DNA of 64,000 nucleotides from Owenia fusiformis (taxonomy: Eukaryota): positions 6,448,001-6,512,000 of the forward strand of contig CAIIXF020000001.1 in assembly GCA_903813345.2 (NCBI GenBank). Direction: 5' to 3'. Below, one piece after another: positions 27,345 to 58,212 of this stretch (position 1 is its first letter; every line of letters starts with the position of its first letter). Below the pieces are notes generated by a model. The model saw nothing but the letters and a program-made list of their open reading frames with translations. It did no database searches and was not told the DNA's origin. The position numbers and the translations under genes were made by a program.

Positions 27345-27881
27345 CATGGGCTTTCAACTAGAAGGGTATGCAACTCTATGTAATAACATGAGACCTTCAA
27401 AATGAGCAATGACATGCTTCCCTTTTATGGCAATATTTCAAAAAGTATTAGATAAATGTATATGTTTTAGTATTAGTTTGAATAAAAATCAATTTTTAAT
27501 ATGATTTAAGCATAAAATATATTCAATATCATATAAAAGTAAACAAAAGAGACCAATAAGAATAAGAGTTATCAAGATGTTCTCTTTGAGTATTGCATTG
27601 TGGGTAATTATTCAAGAACACATTCCAATAAAAAGATAATTTGTGGGAGAATGTTCACTTTCTGTATTGTCATAATTAGGATGAATTCCAATTTTTATTA
27701 AATTATCAAGATGTATGTAGAAGATCATGTTTTTATTTTTGAGTTATTTCTTTTAATCATCAATAAAAAGTACAAAATAAGATTTTCTTGGAATGTGTAC
27801 ATTCTCCAATTTTGAAAACCCATGGCAATGTTTATGTATGAAATATGGGAAGTTGCCTACCCTTCTAGTTGAAAGCCCATG
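27345..27881. mobile_element. MITE with P-element-like ends
   Basis: TIRs of about 31 bp, CATGGGCTTTCAACTAGAAGGGTATGCAACT / AGTTGCCTACCCTTCTAGTTGAAAGCCCATG (1 mismatch); 7-bp direct repeat CACATAC at 27338-27344 and 27882-27888; an orphan TIR copy near 27200-27233. Confidence 0.8.
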
Positions 27882-28056
27882 CACATACGCAATGGTCATA
27901 GTAAAAAACAGGATAGAATTTACCCAGGAGACATTACGTTCTCAGTTTGGGCCCTTTTGCCAAATTATTGATATAAAGCAACATTATTTCATTTATATGT
28001 TTCGCCCATACATTTATTTTCCGTATTTGCCCCCACAGTCCATCATTATACTTTAA

Positions 28057-28919
28057 GGCCAGGGTGCATGTTGGGAAATTTTCTGGATTCCTCAATTGAC
28101 CTTTTGCGATCAGATTTCAGGAATTTTGTTTATGGATACTGTTGTCACGTATTTCGTCTTATTGGTGTGACGTCATAAAGAAATGATGTTAGACATGATG
28201 GAATCACGAAATGGCGGACACGTGGCAGTTTTGAGCTAAAAAATATTGTCGTTTCTTTTATGAAAACCACGGGTCAGATATTTACCAGGTATGCCGATTT
28301 GACTAGATCATGAGTATATCTATATATGTGCGAAGTTTGGATGAAATTCATACTAAACATCGATGCCTATAAGCGCCCCCCGTTTTTGTCAAAATCGGGG
28401 GGCGCTTAACCGCTATCTAAATCATGTCAGTAAGATCTTAGACTTGGTATGTGCTTATCATGAATGTTGATCTAGTCAAATCGAATGCTTTCGTGAAAAA
28501 TAAATCAATAAAGCACGAAATATAGAAGATAATCTCTCAAAATCAAGCATCTAAAGCTGGGTGGCCTAATTGTGACGTCACTACAAGATAGAATCCATTC
28601 GGTGATCGCAAATCATCAATTAAGTCATATGTTATTTTTCAAACAAGAATAACTTCTTCCCCACATTGTCTATATCTTCCAGGTTTTCACAAAGAGCGCA
28701 CTTATGTGCCTAGAAAAGACTTGTGAGAAGATTTGTTTTGTAAAATTTATATACTTTATCAAAACATTCTTCTCACAAGTCTTTTCTAGGCACATAAGTG
28801 CACTCTTTGTGCAAAACTGGAAGATATAGACAATGTGGGGAAGGAGTGATTCTTGTTTGAAAAATAACACGTGGCTCAATTTGAGGAATGCAGAAAATTT
28901 CCCATCATGCACTCTGACC
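28057..28919. mobile_element. TTAA-targeted (Kolobok-like) MITE carrying a nested palindromic insert
   Basis: Same ends as the 29572-29985 element (TTAA-GGCCAGGGTGCATGTTGGGAAATTTTCT ... AGAAAATTTCCCATCATGCACTCTGACC-ATAA), but with about 515 extra bp (28100-28615) that form their own imperfect palindrome. Confidence 0.7.
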
Positions 28920-28982
28920 ATAACATTCAACATACAACATGACCAGTACTGATTTTAGTAGTCTTGCTCAAAGACTGTATCC

Positions 28983-29073
28983 CTAGAGAGAAGGATAAAG
29001 GGGGGGGTACAGGGTCTTTTAAGCAAAACCTAGAGAGAAGGATAAAGGGGGGGAGTACAGGGTCTTTTAAGCA
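28983..29073. repeat. Tandem duplication of about 46 bp
   Basis: Two copies of cctagagagaaggataaaggggggg(a)gtacagggtcttt(t)aagcaa. Confidence 0.85.
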
Positions 29074-29571
29074 AGACTATGATTTTAGATGCACAATCTT
29101 TTACAAAAGTGTATGATGGATTATTTTAGGTTTAAATAACTACCTGGGATCATGGTCTTAAATTACTAAATAGTTTTGTTCACAGCATTGATGGTGGTGA
29201 TTGAAATAGATAATATAGAAATAGATCAATAGATCCAAAATTTACGGTGCATGAATACATAGCACAGATTTTAAACCCGACCCAGCACCAATTGAAATTC
29301 AGATTAATAGATTAAGCTGTATTGAAACTTGTTGAACCACTTGATAAGTTTAAGGCCTTTATAGGCATCACTAAATTAGGGGCAGGCGGTTTCAAAATTT
29401 TGGGTTTGGTTTATAAATCAGTTTGTTTGGTTTTCAATCTGGTTCTTATCACACTATTGTATTCTGACATGAATATCATGATCATAAGAATGTATCAAAA
29501 TTAGCCTATAAGGTTACTATGTATTTAATCTCATGTTAGAGGCTATATCTTGAAATTTCACAAATGTTTAA

Positions 29572-29985
29572 GGACAGGTTGCATGTTGGGAAATTTTCTT
29601 CAATCCTCAATTGAGTCACATGTTATTTTTCAAACATGAATAACTCCTTCCCCACATTGTCTTCATCTTCCAAGTTTGCACAAAGAGTGCACTTATGTGC
29701 CTAGAAAAGCCTTGTGAGAAGGTTTGTTTTGTAAAATGTATAAAAAATGAGAAAATTCAGTGAAAAAAAATTCTGAAAATTTTCTAATTTTTTTCACTGA
29801 ATTTTCTTGTTTTTTATACACTTTATCAAAACATTCTTCTCACATGTCTTTTCTAGGCACATAAGTGCACTCTTTGTGCAAAACTGGAAGATATAGACAA
29901 TGTGGGGAAGGAGTGATTCTTGTTTGAAAAATAACATGTGACTCAATTGAGGAATGCAGAAAATTTCCCATCATGCACCCTGACC
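29572..29985. mobile_element. TTAA-targeted (Kolobok-like) fold-back MITE
   Basis: 414-bp near-perfect palindrome with GG...CC termini and TTAA on both sides (29568-29571, 29986-29989). Confidence 0.8.
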
Positions 29986-30265
29986 TTAAATAATATATGT
30001 GTCAGCTGAATCTGATCAAATTAACTTGCTATTAAAAAACGAGATCAATGGTCGGGAGCTCCGCAATTTCAGTTATCCATCTAATAACTCCCTTAAATTG
30101 ATGTGTACAGACATGGGGTAACAATTGCATGTAATCTTGCTGGGGTTTGATGAACCTTTTCTAGATTTCTCCACCAGTTGCTGTAAATTATTTCAGTATT
30201 AATTTTATGAACTCAACTCAAAAATGATTAAATTCATTTACTGAAATTCGTTTGCAGATATCAAG

Positions 30266-46793
<16,528 letters not shown>

Positions 46794-48907
46794 ACTCGAA
46801 AGGACGCTTAACTAAGAATGGTCAACATATTTTTGATTGAACCTATTAACACATGTTTAAGAGTATTTGACTTGAGTTAGACTCTGTTCGTGTGTTTTGG
46901 ACTGAGAGCCAATTGCAATATTTATGGCTAATGTTAGAAAGCAGGATGTATAGAGCAAAGACTCATTTGTACAAATAAAGTTATTTTTTCATTACAATGG
47001 ACATAAAGGAGAGTTTGATAATAGATAATATTTTATCTACTAGAGTACCACTACCAGTAAGTTTTAAATGAGAGGACATTCAGATATCATAAATCATTAA
47101 TTTCTATATTGTTTAGGGGATACTATTTTTTATCTAAATGTAGTTGATTTAACTATAGATGGAATCCTATTAAATTGTGAAATGAAGTTCTGAGTAAAAA
47201 GGACATTTCTTTCCATGATTGTTTCCAATAGATTAAATCTTGGCCTGGAGAAAAAGTTTGAATTAGGCCGATGGACTTAATTCTTTGTTTCCAGTCAGTG
47301 ATCAATTTGCCTGATTTTCAAAAAAGCAAACACAAAAATGTTCCTGGGAATCCAGCATATCATTCAAATTACTGCCAAAAATGGGTCAATTTACTCAAAA
47401 TGAAAAAACTGATCTGTTTAAGGTGTGGATGGTTTCATAGATATAATAATTTGCAATGTGATACGAATATGACACAGTAAATATTAATTCAAATTGCATG
47501 TTCTCATATTTTGCTTTGGAAAGAAAATGAGATCACAAAACTGCGTCAAAGGTTTGTGTTTTTCCTGTGTTTTTCCTTGGCTTGTAATAGTGCAACCTGA
47601 CGGGAAACAGAATTTTAATCCATTGGACTTATTGGAAAATATTGCTCTATCTAAAATGTAGTTTATCAACTTTATGACTATAATACTCTCTCATGTAGAA
47701 ACTTTTTCATGTAAATAATGTATTGGATGCTGTTTTATTGGTTTAAATTGTGTAATAACAATATATTCAAGTACTGTATCTATATATTGATTATGGCTAT
47801 GACTTAATAGTCACTTCAGCCTTAATACTGATTTTACATCTAAAGGGCTATTCTTTCATGCTATTCTCCATTCATCAGTTTATTTCAATCCACAAGTATT
47901 TGCATCCAATACATGATTGTAGTAGTATCTAATCATGAAACAAAATATAGAATGTTATATATTGTGTTTAGAAAATAAATGTATTGATGTAAACTAAGTG
48001 TATATTAAGTCTTGTTAAAATGAAATACTGTAAACAGCGCTCCATGGTAACATTGTCTGGATATCTGCATTATAGTCACGACTTTATATAAAACCAATAA
48101 CAAGCTATAATTTATCATCTGTAAATACAGTGATGGACAGACTTTAATGGCTCACAGCCTATCATTTGATATGGTTTCTTTTGCAGTCATTCATCTGCTG
48201 ATGTCATCGGGAGACTTATTGTTTTAATAGCCACCATTTTTTTGTAACCGTTCTGGGACAATTGTTTAATTTCAACCAGATAGGGACGTTTTGATATGTT
48301 AATGGCTTGTTTGGAATATTGGCTAAATATGCCTATTTATATAATACATTCCGTATATCACGAGAGTAACATCATCATGTCTTTAAAAGTGTCCTTTAGG
48401 AAGTGCCTGAAATTGCTACATGTTTTATATAGCATACGCCATGGTGAATACCAAACTTGTATTTACATAGTTGAAAAATACATATCTGTTATACATGTTA
48501 TATAAATAATGTCTATACACTATGTAAATACATATTAATCAAACTATATGCATGAGCGACCTAGCACTCTGTTTATGATAATTGTCGTTAATAATTGATG
48601 ACCTTGTCTTTATATGTAATAGTGTGTTGTAATGGCCTCATATTCTGGTATGGTTAATAAGGTCTCCACTGTTTATGAGATCTTTAACCTAGCCGCTTGT
48701 TTGCGGCTTTTTCTTAGTGCGCATATCAAACTGGGGAATAATCTCGGTGTAATTATTGGTGATTATTGCCTTATTTCTTATTGTCCATGTTTTTATAAAT
48801 TCCAATGTGGCCAAGTTCGGCTTATTCACAATTATTACCAGTTTATGTATAATATTGGTATTCCTTGGGAGATATTTGTTTATTATATTGGTAAGACGTG
48901 ATAGTGG

Positions 48908-51900
48908 TCACTCAGTTGCCTGGCCTGGTATGATCTCATCCTGTTCAGGAGTCACGGGAAACACGTTCTTACGTGGACTGGTCGGTCTCTTATTCAAACC
49001 AGTTGTATGTGTGCTAGTCCCTCTTGATCGTGTCTTGGTCCTTGTTTGATGATCAGCCTCGACACCAGAATCAATACTTCTATCACCTATAGTAGCCACG
49101 ACAGGTTTGTTAGAGTTAATTGTCCCTATTCGGTCACGATATGAAAATATACACAACCCGCCACAGCAGCATTTCTTAGTCATGCGCCTCATGGCGTAGC
49201 GGAAGTCACGATTGAGGAGAGTGAAGACGTAGGGGTTGACGGCGCTATTGCTAAATGCTAGTAACGTCGTGAGGAGATCTGCGATGTACGGAACTTTGGC
49301 ATCATCGTAGTTGACAAACCAGAAGTTGAGAACAACATACGGTCCCCAACAGATGAAGAAAGCACCTGGAAATAAAAGGGCAGACAGATGAGATAGATAG
49401 ACATGGACAAAATGTTAGTGAACTACAGAGCTAATAGATGATCAGTGTTATAAAAGAGATACGGTTCCTGGATGATTATTGCCGCCCTTTAACGCGATCA
49501 TGATTTAGTGTAAACTTACTTGGAAGAGTTGCCACTGCATAAATGAAATGAAATAGTATCAACTAATTTCTAAAATATTTGTCATTTCACAAATCAAGTT
49601 GCATTTACACGTGATATGGCTACCAGAAAGAGAACATCGACGAGTCTTGGTCGCACTGGCTGAAAAAGCGCCATGCTTTTTATCATTATTTGTTCATTAT
49701 TTAATAATTATGTCTCCAAAACTAGAGTCAAGACTACAGATGCCCCCGAATATACTTATGTCACGGTACATTGTTTTATGAAAGTGCTTCTATTACTAAA
49801 TCATCAGATTTCCTAGGGATAACTTAAGACAAAATTATCATAGGATTTGATGTTGAAATGTATCGTCCAATTGAAACCATTAGGGTTTCACTTGTGATAC
49901 ACCTAGTATTCACCCAATATTGGAAACCAGGTTTCAAGGGGCTCCTTGCAATGGATACTTTTTCCGATAACCATAACGTCACTGAGTCACTAGGGAAACT
50001 TCTTAAAGAGCATTCACATCATTTTTCGTTCAACCTCGGTTAAAGACATTTCTTATGTAAAAACAAATAGGCTTTCGTTTGTCGTTTGATATGGCCGATG
50101 ATATGATGGTCCAAGTTCATTCGAAGTCATTTGAACCGATATCGGGCAGCCCCGCTTGGCTGTTAGTGTTAAATGATAAATGAAACCAAGAATATATAAT
50201 TATCTCCGGCCACAATCCATTTATCTTGTCAAAAATTGAAACCAATGACAGTTTTTGTCAGCTCGTTTTGCATCGTAATTCGTTATAACGAATCGTGAGA
50301 CTTCAAGATAGGCAGAGTGGGATTGCCCATGGATTTTGCCCTTCTATGTTCTCTCTTTGATTTGTTTAGTACTTTAATTATCTGTAAATGTTAATAACAT
50401 TACGTTACCAAGAAATCTATTTTAATGATTCATTATTTACAGATCATTTACAACAGGAAAATAATCCAATAAATAGAAATAATATTAAATCTACTTTCAC
50501 GAGGAGATAAACTGTAATCCCCTCTATAATCCCACATTACCATCAGATCATATTGCCCTCTTAATACTTATAGGCCTACACCCATAATCTCTGCCTATAA
50601 TGGGTCATAATCTAAGAATAAAATCTAATTGTAAAACTTATATAACAATACCGCATCTATTTATAATTTATTGTTATTTATATTAAAAAATAACCGATGT
50701 GATTTCGTTGTAGTTGAGACGACGTAGTGAGATAATATACGTTTTAAAGAGATGATATATATTCCAAATGAGCTTTTAGCTTCCATAAAATTCTCTCGTT
50801 GATAGATAAATCATTGAGCGGTAAAACCATCTATTGTCTTTTAGTTACTGCTGAATAATGCTACTATGCTAGAGGTAAGTCTTATAATGTTTTATGTGAA
50901 AAAGAATTGAATCCACTAGACTTGCCACTAGTCCCTTTTGATCGTCTCGAAAAACTATTCTTGGCATTTTCATATTACATTATTCCATTACAAAGGAAAG
51001 CCTTGCAGAAGGTCGATAAATCCATCATCTTTTAGGGCATTGTCATCGTATTATTGCCTAGTATTGAAATGCAGCTATTAATGTCATTTATAGGATACAT
51101 ATCTGTACATAATGAATAACACGATGGCATTACGTCACAATAAGTGGTTTGTGAAATGTTACGCCTCAGTCATATTTGTTAGGGCGGCCTTGCACGTTAA
51201 AATTCTACGGCCAATAGCAATTACAAGGCCGCTGTAGCATTTCCGATCCACGGTCACTCACTTTAGCAGTCACATATGCTATTGTAACCTTAGTAATGGT
51301 ACATGGGGGGGGGGGGGTTCTGGTCGTTTTCATTCTATATGACTTTTACTGATGTTGATAAACAAAAAGGATTGTATTAGGAGTTACTGAGCTAGGATTG
51401 CGTCAATTATTAACGAATAAGAAGACTGAAAAGGAAGCATTATTTTATTTGAAAGGATGCACATTCCCTGAACACTAAATGCTATCGTGTCCCCTTTCCT
51501 AATTCACTTATCTCCCTATATATGTCACATTGGATTTTCAAAAATAAAATGCGGTGGTGAAAAGGGCTATTAAGAAATAAGTAAAACGCGTCCTCGTCTG
51601 AATTATCACTACTTTAGCTTAGATCTACACTTGAATTTAGTGCCAGAATGATAAATGTTATATTTCCTTAGTTCTGGTTTAAAACCAAAACAACTTTATA
51701 AGAGCAATCGATAGAATCGAGTTCAAGAATTGTTGAATGCATGCTCGCAAAATACACCGGGCAGTTAGTACATCTTCTGCGAAAATAATATTGAAATACA
51801 TGCATTATAAAAGAATTATAGAAAATTCACACATAGCTAGGCAAGGTCTGTCCGAATCCAGCCAATCAGAGCAGAGTATTCACATAATGAACAGTGTGTG

Positions 51901-54500
51901 AAATATCAATAACACATGAAAGGTCACTAGTTAAACAGTTGTCATGGTAATTAAAGGACTTTTCACCGTTTGACCCATGCAAAAAAATCCATTGAAAATG
52001 TTTTCTTTTAGTGATTTCGTTCCTTTTGGATAATTTTGTAGAAAATATTGCAATGTGTGAAAATAACGTGAAGCCCAATTTAAGCCCAAGACCCAATGCA
52101 TTGTAGCTACTTCATTCCACTTAGGCGTTGTTTCCTAAACTTTGCATTCCCGCTGCGCGATCATGCAAAAGTTTGGAAACAACACCTTTATGGTATGATT
52201 CAGCCCCGGGGATTCAGCAAACAATGCACTGAGTCCATTAAATCCTTAAATAAAAGTGTTGACGTTTCTTTGTGCACACTGTAGATCAGAATCTATTAAA
52301 TTTGATATGAACACAAATTAGTAGTTTAAGCATCTTCATTTTATCCATACCGGTGTAAAAGGGAAGGAGGTCCTATCCAATTATGGTCCTACTCGCTATT
52401 GATTTATATGGTGACCTTATTACAATTATTTTCCTTATTATTTATACACAGTCAGGGCCAGTAAGGGTCGTAAGGAAAGGGGACCATAATCCCTGGGGGA
52501 CCATCATTTCTTTCACACCGGCACTTTCATTAACCACAGCTAATTAGTAGGTTAAACATTAAACAAGGAAGAAAAACAAGGGCACCAGGTTACGTCAGTC
52601 AATGAACCTTTCATCAGTAGTAGATAGTAGAATATCATCAAAACATTGTTTAATCAGGTTTTATAAAATCAAGCTTAAAGTACATCAAAACATCCGTTTA
52701 GTAATTTGACCTAGTAATTCAAAATCATATAAAATGAAAACATGATAATTTTTTGCAATATTGTCGATTGGATAATTTACGATATATTGTCAATTGGATA
52801 ATTGACGACATAGTGATTTCAGTTAGCTATGCATTCAGAAATCACATACAATTTAGAAATCACATGCAATTTAGAAATCACATAATTAAGAACAATGACA
52901 TCAATTTGCACTGATCGCGATACATGTAATTGAATCACTGACTCGGATCAATAAATCGTGACAAGAAATTATTTGTACTTCTATTCTATTCATCTTGTTT
53001 TTAATTGATATTGAAAGCTTTACCGGTTTTAAACAAGTGCCAAATCAAACAATTATATCGATTTTGTTGTTTTTTCCATTATTGTGAACCATGTGCGGTC
53101 AATTATGACTTTCAACATATCGTTCACTTAACCGGTAATTGATGTAAACGTCATTATGATTTTACTGTCTAATGAATAGCCCGCGCACCAATGACAATGA
53201 CGTTCGGCTTCTTTGTTGTATCGATATGTTGTGTTCGCGGATGTAATGAATGGCACAGAAGCCGTTATTATAAAACATTAAAATAATGTTTACAATATTC
53301 CCTTTCCTTAATTGTTTTCAGGAATTTCAGTTTTTACAAAAAATATCATACCAAACAAAGTCTATACATCATTTGGATTATATGGGAGGGAGGGGTTTGC
53401 TTTTGACGGACACATTAATATTATGCATTCCCATAATACTTATGGTCAATTCATATCTGTAGTTCTAATTATTTGGTTTGGAAAAAGTTTCCGATGTCAT
53501 TGTTCCGCACAATCAAAATGAAACGTTTAGCATCTCTGAGACAATCTACGAGTTGACTTTGAATTAACATGGAGGGGGTTGGCGGGTTGTATTGAAAATA
53601 AACCAACTAAGAAAAATACCTACCAACTACAATAAATACAGTCTTCAACGTTTTCAAGTTCTTGGTTACTGCATTCATCTTTTTAGCAGTAACGTTTGTC
53701 TCTTTTTTCCTCCCGTTCTTTGATTTAAAAAATTGAAATCTCCTGGTTTTATTTGTATTAGTCTCAGTTTCCATATCATTTTGCCCTGCACTAGTGGATT
53801 CACCTGTATCACAGTCTTGGGTTATTTGAGCTTGGATGGCAGCAATCCGACGGGCCTGCCGCCGGGCCACCTGAATAATTCGAAAATAGGAGAACAACAT
53901 CGCACCGAGGGGGATGAGTATTGCCCATATGATGAGGAAAGCGGAATAACTAATGCTGTGCCTCCAATTTGGGTTACATATGGGTATGGTCTGTGGACGG
54001 AAGGAATATTTACCCCAACCATAGAGAGGCGTACTAGCGAGGATGATACTTTGGATCCATATATAGAGAACGCAGTATATAACACGATGATGTGTCATCT
54101 CCATGGGGTACCGCAAGGGATGACAAATACTAAGGTATCTGTCCAGTGAGATTCCAGCTAGTGTTGCTATAGAAACCAGTAATAACATCTCAGTAACAAA
54201 AACTGCAATCTGACAGAGCCAGTGGGGGTACTCCCAGTTGCAGACGTAGGCGGACATCACTGTGGAATAAATCCATAGAGGAAGGACAAATGTTCCGACG
54301 GAAAAGTCCGTCACTGCAAGATTGATTGTGAAAATGTTCGTAACTGTCCGGAGTTTCGGCGTTCTGTATACCGCCGCGCACATCAGTGCGTTCCCTACAA
54401 TCGCTAATAGCATGATGGTGCTGATCGCGAATAGCTCTAGCCATAATGTCTCCACGTTCGTATATAGAACACACGGAGGTTCCTGGGAAGTATTCAACAT
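48908..54500 (-). CDS. Orphan rhodopsin-class GPCR (GPR161/GPR101-like), about 444 aa, two coding exons
   Basis: Exon 53624-54500 (TM1 to TM6 start: GNALM, LAVTD, SLDRY, PLYGWGKY) joins in phase 1 to exon 48908-49365 (GAFFICWGPY, FSNSAVNPYVF, helix 8 NRDFR, CCC palmitoylation-like cluster). Confidence 0.9.
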
Positions 54501-56744
54501 GGCAATCTACTTTCACCATTACTTTGCGTGACTATCTTCATTATAACCTAGGCTGCTTCAAACACATTCATCCTTACACCTTATAAGTTTTTACTGATCC
54601 GGGCGACGATCCCTTTATTACTGTAATCTCCCGTTTCCTCTTTCGGTCTCGACAGGCTTCCACAATTTACGATTAATGAGAACTATCGTGAAAGCATATC
54701 CGCTGAATCCGTGATGAAAGCTAATCCATTGCTAGGACATTAAACGGAGTAAATTCATATAATTAAGGCAGAATTCGTAACGTTTATCCTTTTCTCTGTT
54801 GTATTGGCCTGTTATGTCCGCGGATGGATATAACAAATAACATCAGTTGCGTTGTATGCGGATGATGGATGGACTTAATTGAAGATCCACAATTCTAAAT
54901 AATGACTTCGTGCGTCCGTTAGCTGGTTTTGTATGACTATAAAATACTGGTGCTACAACTTGCGTTGGACTTCCGATCAAATTCATTGATTATCTTTTCC
55001 TTCATTTCCTAGTTTTTATATCTACAATTTCGATGGTAGAAAAACGATACTTTGGGTCGCAGATTTAAGTCCAGTACAAATACGTTCCACTTGCTAACTG
55101 TTAAGTGTATAGAACAAATAAAGAAGCAATTTATAATGTTAACGATTTTTGATAGCTATATATTAAAGTTAGCATTCTACGCCTGCTAAATCAATGCGTT
55201 CCCTTAAAGAAACGATTGCTATTTGATGCCGTTGGGAGATTGATGCAATCTACCTTTAAAGCCTTTAATAGACGCATTAAAGCAATAAAAAACCTTTTCA
55301 GATTACAATGTTATGTTCCGCAGCAGAAAAATACGAGAAAGCAAATTGCATACACTTTCCATTGACATTCTCCTTTCTCAACTGACTTTTTTTACTAATG
55401 CTTATTTATGTGTCAGAAGGTTGGGTGCCAATTGCCATCCCGGGGGTTATTGCGGAAATTGACGCAAATATTGCGCCAATCGGCACGTTTTAGTATTTCT
55501 AATGATAAGGAATCCATGCTTTTTGGTGTAACGATACCATATAAGAAATTGCTAAAGGTGGCTCTGTTAAATAAAGAGTCGTATCGACCCTGAAGACTAT
55601 AACCTGAGTCTTTATATGCCTAATGTGATTTCTTCATTTATTTCATTGTGTATATAATGGCACAGAGTAAAGATGAAAGAATTCAATAAAACATCGATTT
55701 ATCTAATCCCCGATGGTTTGGTTTGATAAATAAAAATGGCGACCACTACAGGCAGACGAAGGCAAAATATACTTAGCCTCAAAAAGCAATCATTAATGAT
55801 AGAATTAAACAATTAATTATTTTCAGTCTACTATAAAAGAAAATCCATCTGTCTCCTGACGACCTTCTATTGTGTTCCAATAACTGATTATTTAGCGTAA
55901 ACGGAACATCGATGTCTTGGAAAGTAACAATACGTCTATTGTGCAAGTGTTTTCTACATGACCGCACGTTTATTGCTTCTCATGACATTTCCAATTGCTT
56001 TGCTTCAAGTGACAATATTGTCTGTAAAATTTAGACATTTTAAAGCATTCACTTAACTTAAAGTGACAATGTGATAATGATACGTAAAAGAAACAGTTTT
56101 AATATCTACAACTTTCATTTTCGAATCGGACTTTGATTTTGAGAGCTTCCCATCTATAGATTTATTTCAGATTTTGGAGAATTTGGAATACACATTTCTA
56201 GTACATGTGTAAAATCAATAGTACCACTTTTATAGGATATGTGTAATATGTATCCTTTACATTCGTTCGACTTTGCTTCTCAAAAGAGAGCTTCGTCTTA
56301 GTTTATAACTAAGCTCTGCGCGCAGGGTATGTAATATACGTATGTGACTCGTGTTGTAACCGTTCGAGATTGATTTGAAAAATGATCGCGAATGCTTAGA
56401 GAAGAATGCGAGAATGATATTGCGATTATTGTTTTCACACATCGATTTTTTATTCTGATCACATCATTAATCTCTAAAAGTGACATATTTGATATGGTAT
56501 TAAGCGTTAAATCTCATCCTACCCTACATATCTTAATGGAAATTCATACATAGGATAAACACTTGTCTATTAACACAGCTCGTACAATATCTGAGACGTT
56601 AGTCTCAGGTTTTATTGATGAAGTTTTTCTACTTTTCGCAAAATGTCCGCGAAAATTGACAGAACGAGCCAACTACACAGATTTAGATCCAAGAATCTAT
56701 CATGGTCATATATGTAGACTAATACACACAAACGTGGGATTAAG

Positions 56745-56957
56745 CAGGCCCGTAGCCAGGATTTGCCAAGGGGGGGTTCAGTTTTCAAAAATTTCCAGGG
56801 GGAGTTCACATTTGACAATTTTGGCCCAAATATGGCCAAAATCACTTGAAAAGTGCTCAAAATGGTGAAAAACTGCATGATTTTGAAAGAATTTTTGGCC
56901 AGGGGGGGGGGGGGTCGCCCGAACCCTGCGAACCCCCCCCCCCTGGCTACGGGCCTG
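56745..56957. mobile_element. hAT-like MITE
   Basis: Perfect 16-bp TIRs CAGGCCCGTAGCCAGG / CCTGGCTACGGGCCTG; flanking direct repeat GATTAAG (7 bp, or 8 bp GGATTAAG if the terminal G is shared). Confidence 0.85.
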
Positions 56958-58212
56958 GATTAAGATACATACTATACCAACTAATGAACTTTTTTCGGAT
57001 AAAGAAATTCAATGAACTATGATGCGCATCTAGAAACATAATCCCATTTCCACAAAACTATGCCGTTTGTGAGACTCAGTCTTCAGTCAGTTTTCTAGTT
57101 TGAAAAAAAAATAAAAATGATGTGTCGAGAGCAAGTACTCGCTTGATCGAAAATTGCTTGAGACGTCTTGAACAATTGTAGCTATAATCCCAGATTTTTA
57201 TAGAGTTACATCTGCTTGACCAATGATGGTGAATCAGGTACATCGCTGAACTTTTTAAATTATTGATGAGGGTGTGTCAGGCGAGATGGACAGTGACCAT
57301 TTTGTCTACTTGACGCGCCATCATCAAAATCAATCATGGTTGAACTTAACATGATAAATTATTGGGAAGAGCTAGTTTAATGTTTTGATGTTACACGAGC
57401 CCAACAAATACGCATAGTCTTAGCTTGTGTACAATATCAATTAATGAGACTACACTAAATAAACATCGATCAAGAAAAAATCCTTACAAAACAAAGATAA
57501 TGACGGGGAATGTATTGTGTGTGTATTTAGCAACGTTTATAAAGCATAAATTATTCCATTACTTGAAGGTCCATTGTATCAGGGGAGTTAGAAAAAAACG
57601 TTTTTACTTGTTTCATTACTTATTATCCAAGCGATATATCATCCAACATCATCATTTTTCACCAATAAATTGATTAATCATCGATGGAATCGATACACTC
57701 CGATTGTTTCATCCTACTTTCTTAGAATATAAAGCCATTCGTTCAATGATGTTTCATAATTTACAACCTATGTGACTTGCACCACCTCCATTTATTCATT
57801 TTACTCATTTTTACTCACATGGTGTGGTAAGTGCATCCACCGCCTTTTAAAAAGTATAAGAGGTGTACGCGTTTTAAAAAAAATTAAATTCAGCATTTAC
57901 AGAAGTATCGATGGCAATCGGTGCAAATGAAAATATATATCATTGATTTGTGGCATGTGGGGTGAGAGTTTACCGTTTATGACATTACTGTACTAAAGTA
58001 GAGGAGTCCAGTCAAGTTCTTGAAAATGATACCTGTATCAAGATAACATTTCACTATCTGTTAGTTTGCTAATTTCCGGTCATGATATCTCTCACCTCGA
58101 ACACCTTCTATCTGGCATCATACTTTTAGAAATGTGATTGAGTAGCCTATATGTAACACTGATCATGAGTGTTTGCTATTTATCATAGACACGAATTTCA
58201 CAGGTAAACACC

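Noticed and set aside
53607-54500. GPCR as an opsin, a biogenic-amine receptor, or a truncated 5-TM pseudogene
   Set aside because: No Lys7.43 and no Asp3.32; TM6-TM7 are supplied in frame by the exon at 48908-49365.
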